Virus record (IMG/VR): IMGVR_UViG_3300021387_000106
Span: 32,001 to 96,000 of that record
Strand: one strand, 5' to 3'
From: a virus
Lineage: Duplodnaviria; Caudoviricetes
Length of the DNA stretch: 64,000 bases
In this document: positions 27,296 to 40,000 of the stretch, one piece after another
Position numbering within the stretch: position 1 is the stretch's first letter
How the letters are laid out: each line of letters begins with the position of its first letter
The notes under the pieces: generated by a model
Databases searched by the model: none
Seen by the model: the letters and a program-made list of their open reading frames with translations, nothing else
Told to the model about the DNA's origin: nothing
Translations under genes and position numbers: made by a program

Positions 27296-28615
27296 TTAAT
27301 TGAATGTGGGTGCAATGACAAACTGATTATCCTCAACAACCTTTTCGCCACCATGAACTACCACAGAACAGCCGTTGTAAGTGGAAACATCAGCAAACAC
27401 AGAGTAACCTTCCGGGAAGGAGAAACCTTTATCTTTCGGGATAAAGGAGAGATTGGGTGCAGTACCCATACTATAAATAGTGCCAGTTTTCAAGTCCTGA
27501 GCTTTCCAATGAACACGGAACAGACAAAGTTTGTTCTGAGGAACTGGCTTGCTGTTATACATGATATTCATTTCAAAGGATGCAGGAATACTCATTTCAG
27601 TATCTTGCTTTGCACCAGTCAATTGTACGGGGTCTGCCTGCAACGTGTCATTCAGAGACATTGTAAGCTGTGTGGCATAGAATGGATTGATTTCCGATAA
27701 AGGACTCTTCCATTCGTCAGTTTCTTCTTTCCAACAGCCATAACAGCGAACACGGAACTTCGTATGAATCATACGAGCGTCGAGTGTCAATATCTTTGTC
27801 TTAACACCAGTAAGGCGATATGTCTCTATTTCTTCATCGGTAAATGGTCGCCAACCAGTAACGGCTGTGCTATCCTCAGTAACCCACAAGTAACTTGCAT
27901 TGGCATCGGCAACGTTTCCGTCAACACCAACCAACTGCGCCTTGATTGTGCGAGTCCAAGGAATATCAAGAATGGTGCTTCCTGATGGGATAGTGTCAGT
28001 GAATGACAATGGATCAAGCAATACTTCATCACCACTATCACCTTTCATGACTGTCATTTCGGTATTGTAAACCTCAGTGCTAAAGTCAATACTACGCTCT
28101 ACTCTAACCGTCAGTCCAGTGCGTACATCTGTAAATTTCAATACGGCATAGATGGGAATAGCAGTAAGCTGTGGCACATTCCGATGTACTATCAAGCACA
28201 TATCGGGTACATTGTCACACCAAGGCGCATCACTTCCATCACTAATCAGATAATTCTCAGAACGCCATGCGGCTTCATGTGTCAACTCTCCAGTCTCAGG
28301 GTCGTAAATATCAACATCGTCGAGTATTTCCTGAGAGGGATTAACAATACGTCCAGTCTGATAGTCGCCATCTATCGGCATTTGCGTGTACCACTCAATA
28401 CCAGTAAGGGTAGCCCACCCATTCATTAAGTTGGCAGGGTCGTTTACGAATACCTTACCACCGAGAATACAAGGAACCCACTTTCTATCGTCCTCGTAGG
28501 TTTTCTCAGTAGTATAGTACATTTGTCGTACACTGCCACCAAGAACGGCAATCTCCGCACTTAAAGAAAGCGCGTCGAAAACTTGGTCGTTGGTATTTGT
28601 TCTACTTTTTATCAT
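27296..28615 (-). CDS. Tail or baseplate structural protein
   Basis: 439 aa in the tail block. Confidence 0.65.
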   Translation of the reverse strand: MIKSRTNTNDQVFDALSLSAEIAVLGGSVRQMYYTTEKTYEDDRKWVPCILGGKVFVNDPANLMNGWATLTGIEWYTQMPIDGDYQTGRIVNPSQEILDDVDIYDPETGELTHEAAWRSENYLISDGSDAPWCDNVPDMCLIVHRNVPQLTAIPIYAVLKFTDVRTGLTVRVERSIDFSTEVYNTEMTVMKGDSGDEVLLDPLSFTDTIPSGSTILDIPWTRTIKAQLVGVDGNVADANASYLWVTEDSTAVTGWRPFTDEEIETYRLTGVKTKILTLDARMIHTKFRVRCYGCWKEETDEWKSPLSEINPFYATQLTMSLNDTLQADPVQLTGAKQDTEMSIPASFEMNIMYNSKPVPQNKLCLFRVHWKAQDLKTGTIYSMGTAPNLSFIPKDKGFSFPEGYSVFADVSTYNGCSVVVHGGEKVVEDNQFVIAPTFN

Positions 28616-28627
28616 ATCTTGTCAATT

Positions 28628-31600
28628 TTAGAATACATAATCGGCGGGCATCGTTACTACTTGCCCCTCGTAACTGAATGATACGGTGCAACTGATAAGG
28701 ACTTTTCGGTATGTTATCATCCATCCGCTACCCATATCGCTGCGTACAACCTTAATCTTGTTAGTTCCAACGATTGTAGGAGTCCACGACAAATCTTCAC
28801 TCTGCTGCACAAACTCTTCTGTTACGCTATTATAGCCAGTAGAACGTTTCCATGCAATAGAGTAGTCAACGGCAGTTAATATCTGGTCTGTGATTTCCTC
28901 GTCACCAAACCATATACGCATAGTCAGAACAGTATCAATATTGCCGTTACTGAATGTGCGTCCGTTACTTGTCGTAATCTCACCTTTGTAAATAGCATCA
29001 CCACCAATAGCCTGCCAGTGAGTGCATCCCCAATGTGGCTCTTGTGTAGTTCCGTCGACAAGGCATTCCCATAAAATGCCATAGTTCCAACCCCTGCTTA
29101 TCTCTAAGTCAACTTTCAAGACTTTCATCATCTGCTCATGCAGTTGCTCGTCAGAAAGTGATGCAAATGCAGGATTATTGCGGTACAGCCTCCACATCGC
29201 CATTGTATAAGTCTTGAAATGATAGGGGTCGAAAATTTGGCTACCATTATAATCAATGGTTGGCTGTGGAATAGAGCTATCTGGGGCTACCCACTGACCT
29301 CTATCCTCTTTGATGATTTTCGCAGGATAGTTGGCAGCGTGTTGGTTGTCATAGAAAATGGTATTGACATACAACGACGGCAATTCCACATTCCAAAGCG
29401 GGTTGCCCTGTTGGTCATGCGGAAGGTTTGCCAAGTCAGGAAGAATACCAAGACAAAGAGCATAGTTGTTATCCTCAATGATTGGCTTGTCAACATTCCA
29501 AAAGAAGCTCAGTCGCTTATCGGTTGTAGAGAGAACCCATGACTGCTGCCTACCTAACTGGATTTTCTTTACAGAATCGCTATAAGAAGTCGGGTCGTCG
29601 CCGTTCTCCAGTCCGTCAGCAATATTACCACGTCTCGTAAGCGTGATGATTTTCTCGTAACCATCAGGATAGTTGGTATAATCTTCAAGCAATGCCTCTG
29701 TGTAGTCATCCGTAATCTCAGTACCAAGGAATGTGAAGTTTTTGGCTCCTGGCACTTCGGGGTCGCCATTGGGCTTCACACCATTGTAAGGTACAACCTT
29801 CATCGTGTTATTCGTGAGGTCAACACTTACAACTCTGACATAGCAAGTATAGTATGTTCCGTGGTCGAGTAAGTCATTTATCTTAGCGTAGAGAATATCA
29901 CCCGGATAGAAAGGAGTATGGTCGTTATCGTGGTCTTTGTGCATTGTAAGAACCATACGCTGACCATTATCAGAGAAATCTACCCTCTCTGTTGTATCGC
30001 CCTCAGTAAACGAATAGTCTGACTCCATCAACTGCAAGCGGTTGATGATAAGTTCCATGATTCTCAAAAATCCTCTGAACTCGCCTCCGTCTGCTTCGAT
30101 AACGCCTGATTTGGCATCCATCCAAATGCCATTACCATCAATAAAGCCTTGACGCGCATCCTTAGACTTTGCGATTCTGTCAAAGATAATATCAAGGAAT
30201 GTGGAATTGCCATCTGCGGTAATGCCATAACGCTCGCCACCGCCAACAAGAATACCATTCAAGAAGGTAATCAGTCCTGCTGCAACGTCATCAGTCAGTT
30301 TCGACAAGAAATATTCCTGTCCGTAACGCTTGATGAAAGCATTAATCTGAGATGCGCTGTAACCGCCACCGCCATTATATACATAGGAAGAAAGGCTGTT
30401 TACTTGCTGCTGAACACGCTGCAACGAACCAACTTGTTTGTCATTTCTCAGAACAACTTCATAAGTAGGTACTCCGTTATTGCCATTCTCCTTGATAGTA
30501 ATATTGTCGATGAATACGCTTCCTTCAACGTCCAAGTCCTCGTCATTGAACAGCATGAGCATACCAGCCTTTAGCGTATCATGCAGACTGATAGTAGTTA
30601 AAGGATTCTGTTGCGCCCTCTCATGCTGACGTGCCATGAATATTTCATCTATCTTTGGAAGATAGGTAAAGCGAGTATAGTTATTGTTGAGAAGCCAGTA
30701 AATAGACTTACGCAACATCTTCACGCTTGCAGCCCATATATAGCTGCTATCGGATATATCAATATCCAAAAGCACAAAGTGGTCGCCAACACGAATCTGA
30801 TATGCTTCATCGGCTCTTGCAGCCTCACCAATTGCTGCGTGAGAGGAATAAGGAAACCAAAGGTCAAGTGCATCATCGTGATAACGATCCAAAGTCAGAA
30901 TCCAACCATTGTTGCCATCCTTCACGATGTTCTTTACTTCGAAATCCCTTGCACCGCAATAGCCATCCTTCATAGAGATAGTAAGGCTACCAGTGTTTTC
31001 AACAGCCTCTTCAAGGTCGAAGCCAATATCTTTGAGTTTGATTTTAAACGGCTCAATTTCTGCTTCTGGCTCAAAAACACCATTATCTTGAATGACATCA
31101 GCAGAACGGATTTCATCAAGACGTTCAGTAGATGAAGTGCCGAACACGTCACCAACTGTCAAACCTTCAATGCTTGGGTAAACCTCTTGCAGTCCATTAT
31201 CGTCATTTTCCTCGTTGAACTGGATATTACCCTCTTTGATTCCTATTTCGTCCGCATTGCCACTTGTAATATAAGGACGCAAACGTTCATTAGAGAAACG
31301 AAGGATATGCTCACCCTCAATGTTCATAAGAGGCTCACCCCATGCAGTTTCAGGATTCTTCCTCACATAGACATGAGTGATACCATCAACAATTTCAGTC
31401 TTACACAACTCACTGAGTGCATATCTTGGGAAACCAGGGAGCATAAGGGTATTGACCGCCATATTGTTAGGCATACCATATTCGGCATAGTCTATATGGT
31501 TTGTAGGCCAATAATTCTTATCTATACCACTCTTGATGATAACCTTATCGCCAACCTTGATAGCTGCAACGAAGCCGTTCATCTGTTCAGGGCTACGCTC

Positions 31601-32707
31601 GTCTCTGTCATCATGGTCTGGGTCTGAACATTCTGCATACAGACGACATCTATTATCTGAACTTGTATATTTGGTGACATAGCCTTTAATGGTATATCCG
31701 TTAGCTTCCATCGTAATGATGTAGTAAGGAGATTCATCATCACCTGGATAATCAGAAGAACGCTTTGTAAACAGAATAGCCGAAAAATCTATATCAAAGA
31801 GTAATTCAACTCCAATATAGCCACTAACAGAGTTGTACTTGTTCTTAATCTCTACAACGTTTAAGTAGAATTGCTTGTTCAAGTCGGCATAATAGCGGAT
31901 AGGCAAATTCTTGTCAGAACCATAAGCAAACAATCTCGTTACTACTTGTTGGTCTTGTTCTGCCTTACGCTCAATGGCATAAAGTCCTTTGTTCTTTCCG
32001 TATCGGAAAACGTGGTCGACGGGCAAACCCTCACCACCGACAATCAAAGCACGACCTTTAGTAATGAAATTCAGTCCGAAATTATTCTTGATGAACTCCA
32101 ATCCCTGACTTACCGAAATCTTGTCAACTGAGATATTCACATTGAACTTCTCATTATCAACGGCAGCAGTCGGGTTGCTATGGTCTGTACCAAAAGTTTG
32201 CTCCCATAAAGCGATTGCAGCAGCTTTCTTTGTGGGATTGTCGGCATATCGTTGAATGGTTCGGTTATAGTTGGGAGTGATATAAAGCCATTCGCTATTG
32301 TAGCGGTCTGTATTGGCTTGCAGTCTATCTACAAGGTCATCTATGGTTTCCGCATAGAATGAGAAAGTAGGCAGACTGGTATAGTGTATGTTGTTATCGT
32401 ACAGAACAACATCAAGAAAGCGCACCTCAGACAATTCGGCTGAACGTGCGGACATCTTAACATTCTCGTACTTGAAAGCCTCGCCATTGCTACTTTTACG
32501 GGCTTGCTTCAATGCAGAAGGTAAAGTGTAGATACTATAAACGTCATCACGATATATCAGATAATCGCCTATCTCCAGTTCAATAGGTGTAGGCGAAGTA
32601 ATCTTGATTGTAACATATTCCTCGCCCATCCAAATATCGTGATACTCCAAGTCGGTTGCAATGTACTTTACAACTCCACTCTTGTTATATATCGTCCACT
32701 TCTCCAT
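28628..32707 (-). CDS. Tail tip or hub protein (Tal-like)
   Basis: FRYGKNKGLYAIER...VVTRLFAYGSDKNLP; follows the TMP and Dit-like genes. Confidence 0.75.
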   Translation of the reverse strand: MEKWTIYNKSGVVKYIATDLEYHDIWMGEEYVTIKITSPTPIELEIGDYLIYRDDVYSIYTLPSALKQARKSSNGEAFKYENVKMSARSAELSEVRFLDVVLYDNNIHYTSLPTFSFYAETIDDLVDRLQANTDRYNSEWLYITPNYNRTIQRYADNPTKKAAAIALWEQTFGTDHSNPTAAVDNEKFNVNISVDKISVSQGLEFIKNNFGLNFITKGRALIVGGEGLPVDHVFRYGKNKGLYAIERKAEQDQQVVTRLFAYGSDKNLPIRYYADLNKQFYLNVVEIKNKYNSVSGYIGVELLFDIDFSAILFTKRSSDYPGDDESPYYIITMEANGYTIKGYVTKYTSSDNRCRLYAECSDPDHDDRDERSPEQMNGFVAAIKVGDKVIIKSGIDKNYWPTNHIDYAEYGMPNNMAVNTLMLPGFPRYALSELCKTEIVDGITHVYVRKNPETAWGEPLMNIEGEHILRFSNERLRPYITSGNADEIGIKEGNIQFNEENDDNGLQEVYPSIEGLTVGDVFGTSSTERLDEIRSADVIQDNGVFEPEAEIEPFKIKLKDIGFDLEEAVENTGSLTISMKDGYCGARDFEVKNIVKDGNNGWILTLDRYHDDALDLWFPYSSHAAIGEAARADEAYQIRVGDHFVLLDIDISDSSYIWAASVKMLRKSIYWLLNNNYTRFTYLPKIDEIFMARQHERAQQNPLTTISLHDTLKAGMLMLFNDEDLDVEGSVFIDNITIKENGNNGVPTYEVVLRNDKQVGSLQRVQQQVNSLSSYVYNGGGGYSASQINAFIKRYGQEYFLSKLTDDVAAGLITFLNGILVGGGERYGITADGNSTFLDIIFDRIAKSKDARQGFIDGNGIWMDAKSGVIEADGGEFRGFLRIMELIINRLQLMESDYSFTEGDTTERVDFSDNGQRMVLTMHKDHDNDHTPFYPGDILYAKINDLLDHGTYYTCYVRVVSVDLTNNTMKVVPYNGVKPNGDPEVPGAKNFTFLGTEITDDYTEALLEDYTNYPDGYEKIITLTRRGNIADGLENGDDPTSYSDSVKKIQLGRQQSWVLSTTDKRLSFFWNVDKPIIEDNNYALCLGILPDLANLPHDQQGNPLWNVELPSLYVNTIFYDNQHAANYPAKIIKEDRGQWVAPDSSIPQPTIDYNGSQIFDPYHFKTYTMAMWRLYRNNPAFASLSDEQLHEQMMKVLKVDLEISRGWNYGILWECLVDGTTQEPHWGCTHWQAIGGDAIYKGEITTSNGRTFSNGNIDTVLTMRIWFGDEEITDQILTAVDYSIAWKRSTGYNSVTEEFVQQSEDLSWTPTIVGTNKIKVVRSDMGSGWMITYRKVLISCTVSFSYEGQVVTMPADYVF

Positions 32708-32720
32708 TGGCTATACAGGT

Positions 32721-33233
32721 TTATGATACAACAAGAAAGTGTTCGTCAAGAGTAGTCACGGGGTCTGTAACACGGAACTTTACCTTGAAACTGGCAATGG
32801 CATTGGGGTTTACGTCATCATAGAAATACATATCATTGGAAATATCCTTAACATAGATACCCCTTCGCCCAATTTTGGTGTACTCGTCATAAATGGCAAG
32901 CATGACTCCAGCAGTACTACCACTACTATCAGAGATATAGTCGATGAAGTTTCTGAGGTCTGATGAAATATCAGCCTCTACACCATCATACAAGAAAGTC
33001 ACATCTATATCATAAGCCTGGAACTTCAATCCATCCTTTGAAATGAAAACATCTTCGCCATCTTCATCTTTCCAGTCTCTCGTAGCCAACTCCTTAGTCT
33101 TTGGCTTGTGCATGAATGGCATTTCCTGACAAAGGACGTGATACTTCTGATATACATCAACAACGTCACCAACGTTCGTATAGTTAGTGCCGTCAAAAGT
33201 TTGTTTCTGTATAAGTATCTTCTTTGGTTCCAT
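32721..33233 (-). CDS. Distal tail protein (Dit-like)
   Basis: Position after TMP; RDWKDEDGED and FKVKFRVTDP. Confidence 0.6.
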   Translation of the reverse strand: MEPKKILIQKQTFDGTNYTNVGDVVDVYQKYHVLCQEMPFMHKPKTKELATRDWKDEDGEDVFISKDGLKFQAYDIDVTFLYDGVEADISSDLRNFIDYISDSSGSTAGVMLAIYDEYTKIGRRGIYVKDISNDMYFYDDVNPNAIASFKVKFRVTDPVTTLDEHFLVVS

Positions 33234-33249
33234 CGTTTAAAACTTTGCG

Positions 33250-33350
33250 CAAAAATAGTAATATATATTTACAAAAGAAATTATGATTTTCTAAAATCTT
33301 GACATTTAAGAGAGGTAAATTTGATTTTAGAGGCTCTTTGATTATCTTTG
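33250..33350. promoter_or_regulatory. Divergent promoters with the conserved TTTCTAAAATCTTGACATTT element
   Basis: Minus-strand -7 box at 33250-33257, element at 33288-33307, plus-strand -7 box at 33343-33350. Confidence 0.7.
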
Positions 33351-33374
33351 CAGCGATTGATTATTTTGAGACGT

Positions 33375-33890
33375 ATGGATAAACTTAACAAAACACTCAG
33401 GAATGATGCAATTGGATTCGGTCTCTGCCAACAGTGGCAAGGCGACTGGAAAAGCAATTGGGATAAGGAGAAAATGGTAGCCAAATTCTTTCAGGGAATG
33501 GATTTCTGCCTAAAGCACCGATTCCCGACAAACCAATTCATCATTGACAATTTCGATTTGGATTTCAGACGCAAGAGTAACGTACTTGTTGATGACAAAT
33601 ATTCTTTGCTGAATCCTATCCACGCTCTGATACTCGGCAGCTCTGAGAGTACCATACGCATGAACGCAAGAAATGGCTCTACCATATACATGAGAGATAA
33701 CAGCCACGTCAAACTACTGGCATCCGGCAACTCATTCGTAGTAGTCCATTTGCTCGACAATTCACAAATTGAGGTCAAAACACAAGATAAGGCTCACGTA
33801 GCTGTAATTACTCACTCAAAAGACGCAATACTTATCACAAATTGCAAGGACGTTGTTCTTAGAGAAGAATACAACTGGTTAAAAGAATAG
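33375..33890 (+). CDS. Hypothetical protein, opposite strand inside the tail block
   Basis: Own promoter and terminator; C-terminal beta-solenoid-like periodicity. Confidence 0.75.
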   Translation: MDKLNKTLRNDAIGFGLCQQWQGDWKSNWDKEKMVAKFFQGMDFCLKHRFPTNQFIIDNFDLDFRRKSNVLVDDKYSLLNPIHALILGSSESTIRMNARNGSTIYMRDNSHVKLLASGNSFVVVHLLDNSQIEVKTQDKAHVAVITHSKDAILITNCKDVVLREEYNWLKE

Positions 33891-33981
33891 TTTTTTCATT
33901 GAACAATTGTTTTAGGTTAGTAGTAATATTTAGTAGTTTGTTTTTTCTGCAACATTATGTGTGTAATGTTACCGAAACGAG

Positions 33982-34014
33982 GAAGCGGAGATTCGTGAGA
34001 ACCCCCGCTTCTTT
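33982..34014 (+). terminator. Intrinsic terminator
   Basis: GAAGCGG...TC-GTGA-GA...CCGCTTC-TTT. Confidence 0.55.
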
Positions 34015-34047
34015 GCAACTTTGCGACTTTTAAATATAGATATGAAA

Positions 34048-37000
34048 TTATTGAACTGAAATCTTATCTACACCATTTGCGAACTTGTCAAGACGATTGC
34101 TGATATTCTCTATCATACCATAGATTTTACCTGCCTCACTAAATGTTAGTGCCATTGCAGCTACGTTTCTGTCAATGTTTCGCAAGGTGGTATGTACCGA
34201 AGTGATTTGTTCGATGTACGAAGCCCAATACTCCTGAATGAACATTGTAATAAACATTCTGTTCATAGCAACATCAGCTCTGATAGCATTGACATAGCTT
34301 GCTATGATGTCGGCAGTTTCCTCAGTAATACTCTTAATAGAACCACTAAGTGAACTTTCGTCTCTATTCTTAATAGAGAGTCCAGCCTGATTAACACCAC
34401 GCTCAAATTCAGCCAAGAAAACCTCTCCTGCTTTGATTGCAGCCTCACCTTCACCTCCCTTTCCAAAGAACTTAGCAATAATATTTGTAACTTGCTTTGC
34501 ACTCTTTTCGGGATTATCTATGTCAAAAACGCCACCACTCCATGTTCCATCTGCGTTTTGAGTACCAAATAGCTTGTTCTGCAATTTCTGCATAATAGGC
34601 TCAATAATTGCCAATTGCATCATCTTGCCTGCAAGACTGCGAAGAATATCTTCAACAGCTTTCTTATATGCTTTAGCCATATTAGTACCATTTTCAAATG
34701 CAGTAGCAAGAGCATCAGTAAGTTGTTGCGCCCAACCTTTCATGTCAATGCTCCACAACTCATTTGCGAGATCAAGAGCGAAGTAATGTATTTGGTCGTC
34801 GAGTTCGGCAATTTTCTTTTTGTACTCTTCCATTGCCTCGCCCGAACTATCCTTCTTATCTTCTTCCTCATTGTACATTTGCATATACTTCTCTCTTTCG
34901 GAACGAAGATTGGCGAGTTGTTGTTTATAACCAGAACCCTCACCATTTTGCTGATAGTAGTTATACATGGCTTCCTCGGCAGCAGAATTAAATCCTCTAC
35001 CATATCGACTACCCTTTATTATTGCACCCGCAAGACCTGTCAACTTACTTGCGAAATCAACATTTTCTTGATGGTAGTATTGATTGGAATACAATTGACG
35101 CAAATTTCCTGAGTCATATCCTAACGTGCGCTGTCTTGTTTTCAGTATCAGTTCAGTATTGTTAGCAATACGAGACACTTCTTCCTTCAACTCCTGAATC
35201 CTACGTTCACGGCGCTTGTCATGGAGTTTTGCAAAACCAGTAATCGGAGCTGCAATCATGTCGATGGGTGAAGATATAACGCTACTTACAACACCACCTA
35301 TATTACCAGACATAGCGTTTTGCACAATATTGTTTGCAGGAGCAAGGAAAGAAGTACCAGCCTTGATACCATCACTCAAATCTCCCCAGAAGTTTGCAGC
35401 ACCAGTATTGCCTAATGCCTGGAACATATTAGCAAGAGATTGAGTAGCGTTTACCAATCCGTCAGCCACACCAGTAGCCATTTGCAGAATAGTTGCAAAA
35501 CTGCTAAGACTACCAATTACCTTTGATAGCTTGTTTTGCAAATCAACAAGATGCTTCTTTTCTTTCTCTTCATCTTCTGTAAGACCGCCATTTTTCTCTT
35601 TTGTTTCAAGAGCCTGCAATCTGTCTTTTGCAAATTCATTAGAACCTTTTAATCCACCTTGCATAAAGGCAGTAATGGTATTCTGAACACCAAAGAAAGA
35701 ATCTTCACGGAACTTATCAACAACATCACGAATCTTACGCATTTGTTCTGCGTAGGTCTTTGCGTCAATAGTTCCCTTTTTAACGGCTTTATTCAGAGAG
35801 TTTTCAACAGCTTTGGCAGCATCTTCAATAGCTTTCTTTGTCTGACCGATTGCGCCATTCATAAAGTTTATGTATTGCGCACCCATTTGGAATGTTTTCC
35901 ATTCCTTATCAGAATCAAGTTTAGCCATTGCAGCCTTATACTGTTCCTCAGTAATACCAAGAAGATTGCCGTTTGCATCCTTTTCACCATTCTTACGTTG
36001 GTCTCGCAATCTTGTAATAGCCGCAACCTCACGCTCATATTCGTCATTGATACGTCTAAGTTGTGCTTCATAGGTCATTACACTGCCAGTAACCTTTGCG
36101 AATATCTGAACGTCGTTTTTGTAAACGTCACGCTGCAAATCACGCCATTTCTGATATTCTTCAACAAGTCCTTTGATTTGCTCCTGATACTTCTTAACAG
36201 ATGACTCCAGTACTCCCCACCTTTCAGTATCTTCAAAAAGTTTCTGTATTTCGTCATCAGAAAGATTTATATCAAATTCAAGAGAATATCGCCCTCCTGC
36301 TTCCTCAAAGTCCTTTTCTATTTTTTGACGTGTAGCATCAGCAAGATTCTGAGTATTTCCATTCTTGTATTTTGCACCACTGAGCTGATTAGCCAAGGCA
36401 ACATCACCAGTAGATTCACGAACGGAATTGAATAAATCCCACGAACGGGTAAGATTGTCAAGTTGGATTTTAACCTTGCTTGCGAACTCGTCCATTTTGC
36501 GGTTGGCTTCCTCATAGTCCACGTTGCTGATAGCATCACGCAACTGCTTGATAGCCTCTACCATGTAAGAGTTCTTATGCTTTGGAGTCTTATACAACTT
36601 CATTGCCTCGTTGAGCAATTCAGTGAGATTCTTCTTATAAGTAGGAATGGAATCCAAAGTAAGATTGGTTTTCCAAGTCTTATTGAACTCGTCAAACAAT
36701 GGTTGGAACTGAGCCTGAACTTTCTTCAAAGCACCAGCCTCACCAACTTGTTTCTCGTACTTGTTATACCAGTCGTAGGCATCCTTGTAGAGTTTTGCAA
36801 TCTCACGCAAGCGTTTAGCCTCTTTATCCTCTTGCTTACCCTTGTTGCCTTTAGTCGGGTCTGTTTCAGGATAGCCCTCTTTCTTTAGCCAACTCTTATC
36901 TTCCTGAACAGCCATCAAAGCATCATAGTAAGGCTTGATTTCTTTGTCGATACGACTATAAATAGCTTGCGCACCATCCCAATCACCATTCATGGCTTTC

Positions 37001-40000
37001 TTCTGACCTTCAATAGCCAATTTATCCATAAGAGCGCGTAACTTATCTGCGTTCATCAGCACATCAGTATCAATGTTCAAAGTCATTTTAAGATGTGCTT
37101 GATTGCGTTTAAGATAGGCTTGCTTTTCCTTCAAGTCTTTCTGAACAGCTTGTGCAAATTCATCAAGACTCTTATCAAAGTTAGTCTTTATGGCGATATT
37201 CTCAACAAATACTTGTGATGCACGTTTCTGCCAGTCAGTTTTCAACTTAACGGCATTTAATTTTGCATCCAAACCATCACGATATGCCTCTGCATGATTC
37301 ATTCCAAGTTTCTCCATATCGTAACCCATAGACTCACCCCACTTAATAGTAAGTTCAGAATATTTCTGCAAGGCCTTTTCTGCCTCTTCTGGTGAAGTTG
37401 ATTCCTTGATGGTATTACCAACGAGACCCATGAATTGCTCCATTAATATACGCTTCTGCATTTCGTCGATAATACTACCCTGCATATTCTTAGGAAGGTA
37501 CTCACGCATAGCTTCAAGCATTAATCGAGTTGCATCTTCCATAACACGCGGGTCTGTAATACCTGACATAGAAAGCAGTTTCTTCATGTAGGTACTTATT
37601 GCATAGATAGCACCATCGGGATCATTACTGAACTCGTTCACGATAATGGATGACATTTTCTCTGCCATTTCCTTTGTGTCTGCTTCGAGTTGTTGATATT
37701 GACCTCTAAGTGTTCTGCCAAAACCACCCTGAGTTGCATTTCTAAAGACTTTCCCTGCAAGAGTATCATATATGTCTCTATTCGGAACACCATTCTTAGC
37801 CCAATCTGCAAACAAATGGGAAAGTGCATCATTCTTTGAGCCAAGAGAATATTTCTTCTGCAATTCAGCAATTTTACCGCCTAATTGCTTATCAATTCTA
37901 TCTATGATTTCTTCGTTGATGCCGCTAATATCTTTCTCAGCATCATTCAGTCTCTCGGCATAATCCTTAATATCGGTAGTATAAGAATCTCCAAACAGAC
38001 GAGTAAACCAGTTAGAGCCTGCCACATCAACATCAGCATCAGTTATGACATTCGACATTGCTTCTGTCACATCGTTTGCATGACGAATACTTTCAAGTTT
38101 ACGGACAATTAACTTGAATTGCTCTACCTGATTGTTCATCTTGTCAATATCTACGAGGTCGCCCTCATACATTGGTGACAAATCGGCAAGTTTATTCTTT
38201 AGTTCCTCAATCCTTTGTGTCAAGTCCTCTTTGCTCAGTGCGTCGTCATTGAACTCTACAAGATTGGAAACAACACGTTTGCCTGCAACAAACTTTCCTG
38301 ATGCTTCATCAATACTCTTGATAAAGTTATCATCCTGCAATTCCTTGAATATATCACCAAGTACTTTCAAGTCGGAAGTTGCTTTCTCTGCAAGATCGTG
38401 ACTTGCTTCCTCTGCCTTACTCTTCATTTCGCTAACACGGGCAAACATATCCATAATGACCGTCAATGCAGCCATTGGTAAAGCAATCTTTCCAAAACTC
38501 CATATAGCCGAACCAGCCTTTCGGATTGCATTGCCTAATGTTATCCATGCAACACGCATCTTCGATACTGATGTTACACTTCTAAGTTCCCAAAGCATAA
38601 CAGCTTTTGCGTGACGTTCCTCTGCTGTTGCTGCCTTCATTGCAAGAACGGCTTCAAGGGCTAATTCCTTATTGATTTTACCCAAGGCAACTGCACGGAA
38701 CAATTCTTCCTGAGAGAGTTTCTTGGTACTCAGCAATACGGCAAGGTTACTTGCAGTCAGTTTGCCAGAAGTGGCATACCAGTGAGAATGAGTAGCAAGG
38801 AGTTTCCATTCCTCTGCTGTCAAAGCACGATATTCTTTTGCAAGACGTAGAATGTTGACCTCTTCTTTCTGATGCGCTGCTGCTTGATTCAGAACAGAAA
38901 CGGTATTAGCACCGATAGCTTGATTATACGCAAGAGTGGCTATCTTTGCAACACCTAATACTCCTACGACACCTAACATATCCTTACCATATCTTCCCCA
39001 TTCCTTTGCGCCTGCTGTAAGCGTTTCTGCAATTTTCTTCAATGCAGTACCAACACCACTTTCAGCAATTTCGCCATACATAATATCAAATGCGTCGCGC
39101 AAGTTCTTGAATTTGGCGTTAAGAGCCTGAGACATAACTTCCTGTGCCTCGTAGAACATACCACCTTCATCAGTCAACTGGCGCAAAACTTCCTGAACGT
39201 CCTCATAGGAAATTTCCTTCTTGCGGACTTTCTCACGAACTTGCTTTGTGCTGATACCAAGATTCTCAGAAAGCATCCTCAGTACTGGCACGTTACCCAT
39301 AGCGAACTGTCTCAGAGTGTAGCCGGACAAAGCACCCTCAGAACGAACGTGACCTAATGCCAAAGCGAGTCGGTCAACACTCGTACCAGTTGCAGCCGAA
39401 ATGTCTGCAAGTCGCTTAGTCCAATCGTAAAGTTCCTTGTATTCAAAGCCGTATGCGGTGAGTTGCTTTGACATCTTATCAAGTTCAACTACACCAAAAG
39501 GCGACTTAACAGCCAATGCTTTGATTTGTCCGAACAATTCCGTTGCCTGACCTGCATTTTGCAAGATAGCACCGATAGACAAACGCTGTTGCTCCAACAA
39601 ACCGCCAGTCTCAATAATACTATTAATAAAGGATTGTGCGCCCCAAACGGAAATATACTGCATAGCCAGCATCTTCAAGTCAGAAAGTACCTGAGATTGC
39701 CCCTTCATGGAATCGGTAGCACCTCTAATTGAATTGGCAAGACGTTGCTCTGATTCTGTAAGTTGGTTATTCACATTGGCAGCTACACGTTTATTTATAT
39801 TGAGCTGATGAATTGCATCGTTAGCTTCCTTATTTGCGGCATTGAGACCCATATTGCTTGCAATCTCTTTGCCAGAGGTGCCGTATGAAGAGAAACCAGT
39901 ACGTCCGAAGTTTGCCAATTCCTGCTGAATGGCACGAATCTTATCAATAGCGTTCTGCAAAGGAGTGGTATCAATGCCAGCCTTTGCGAAGTCAACCTTT

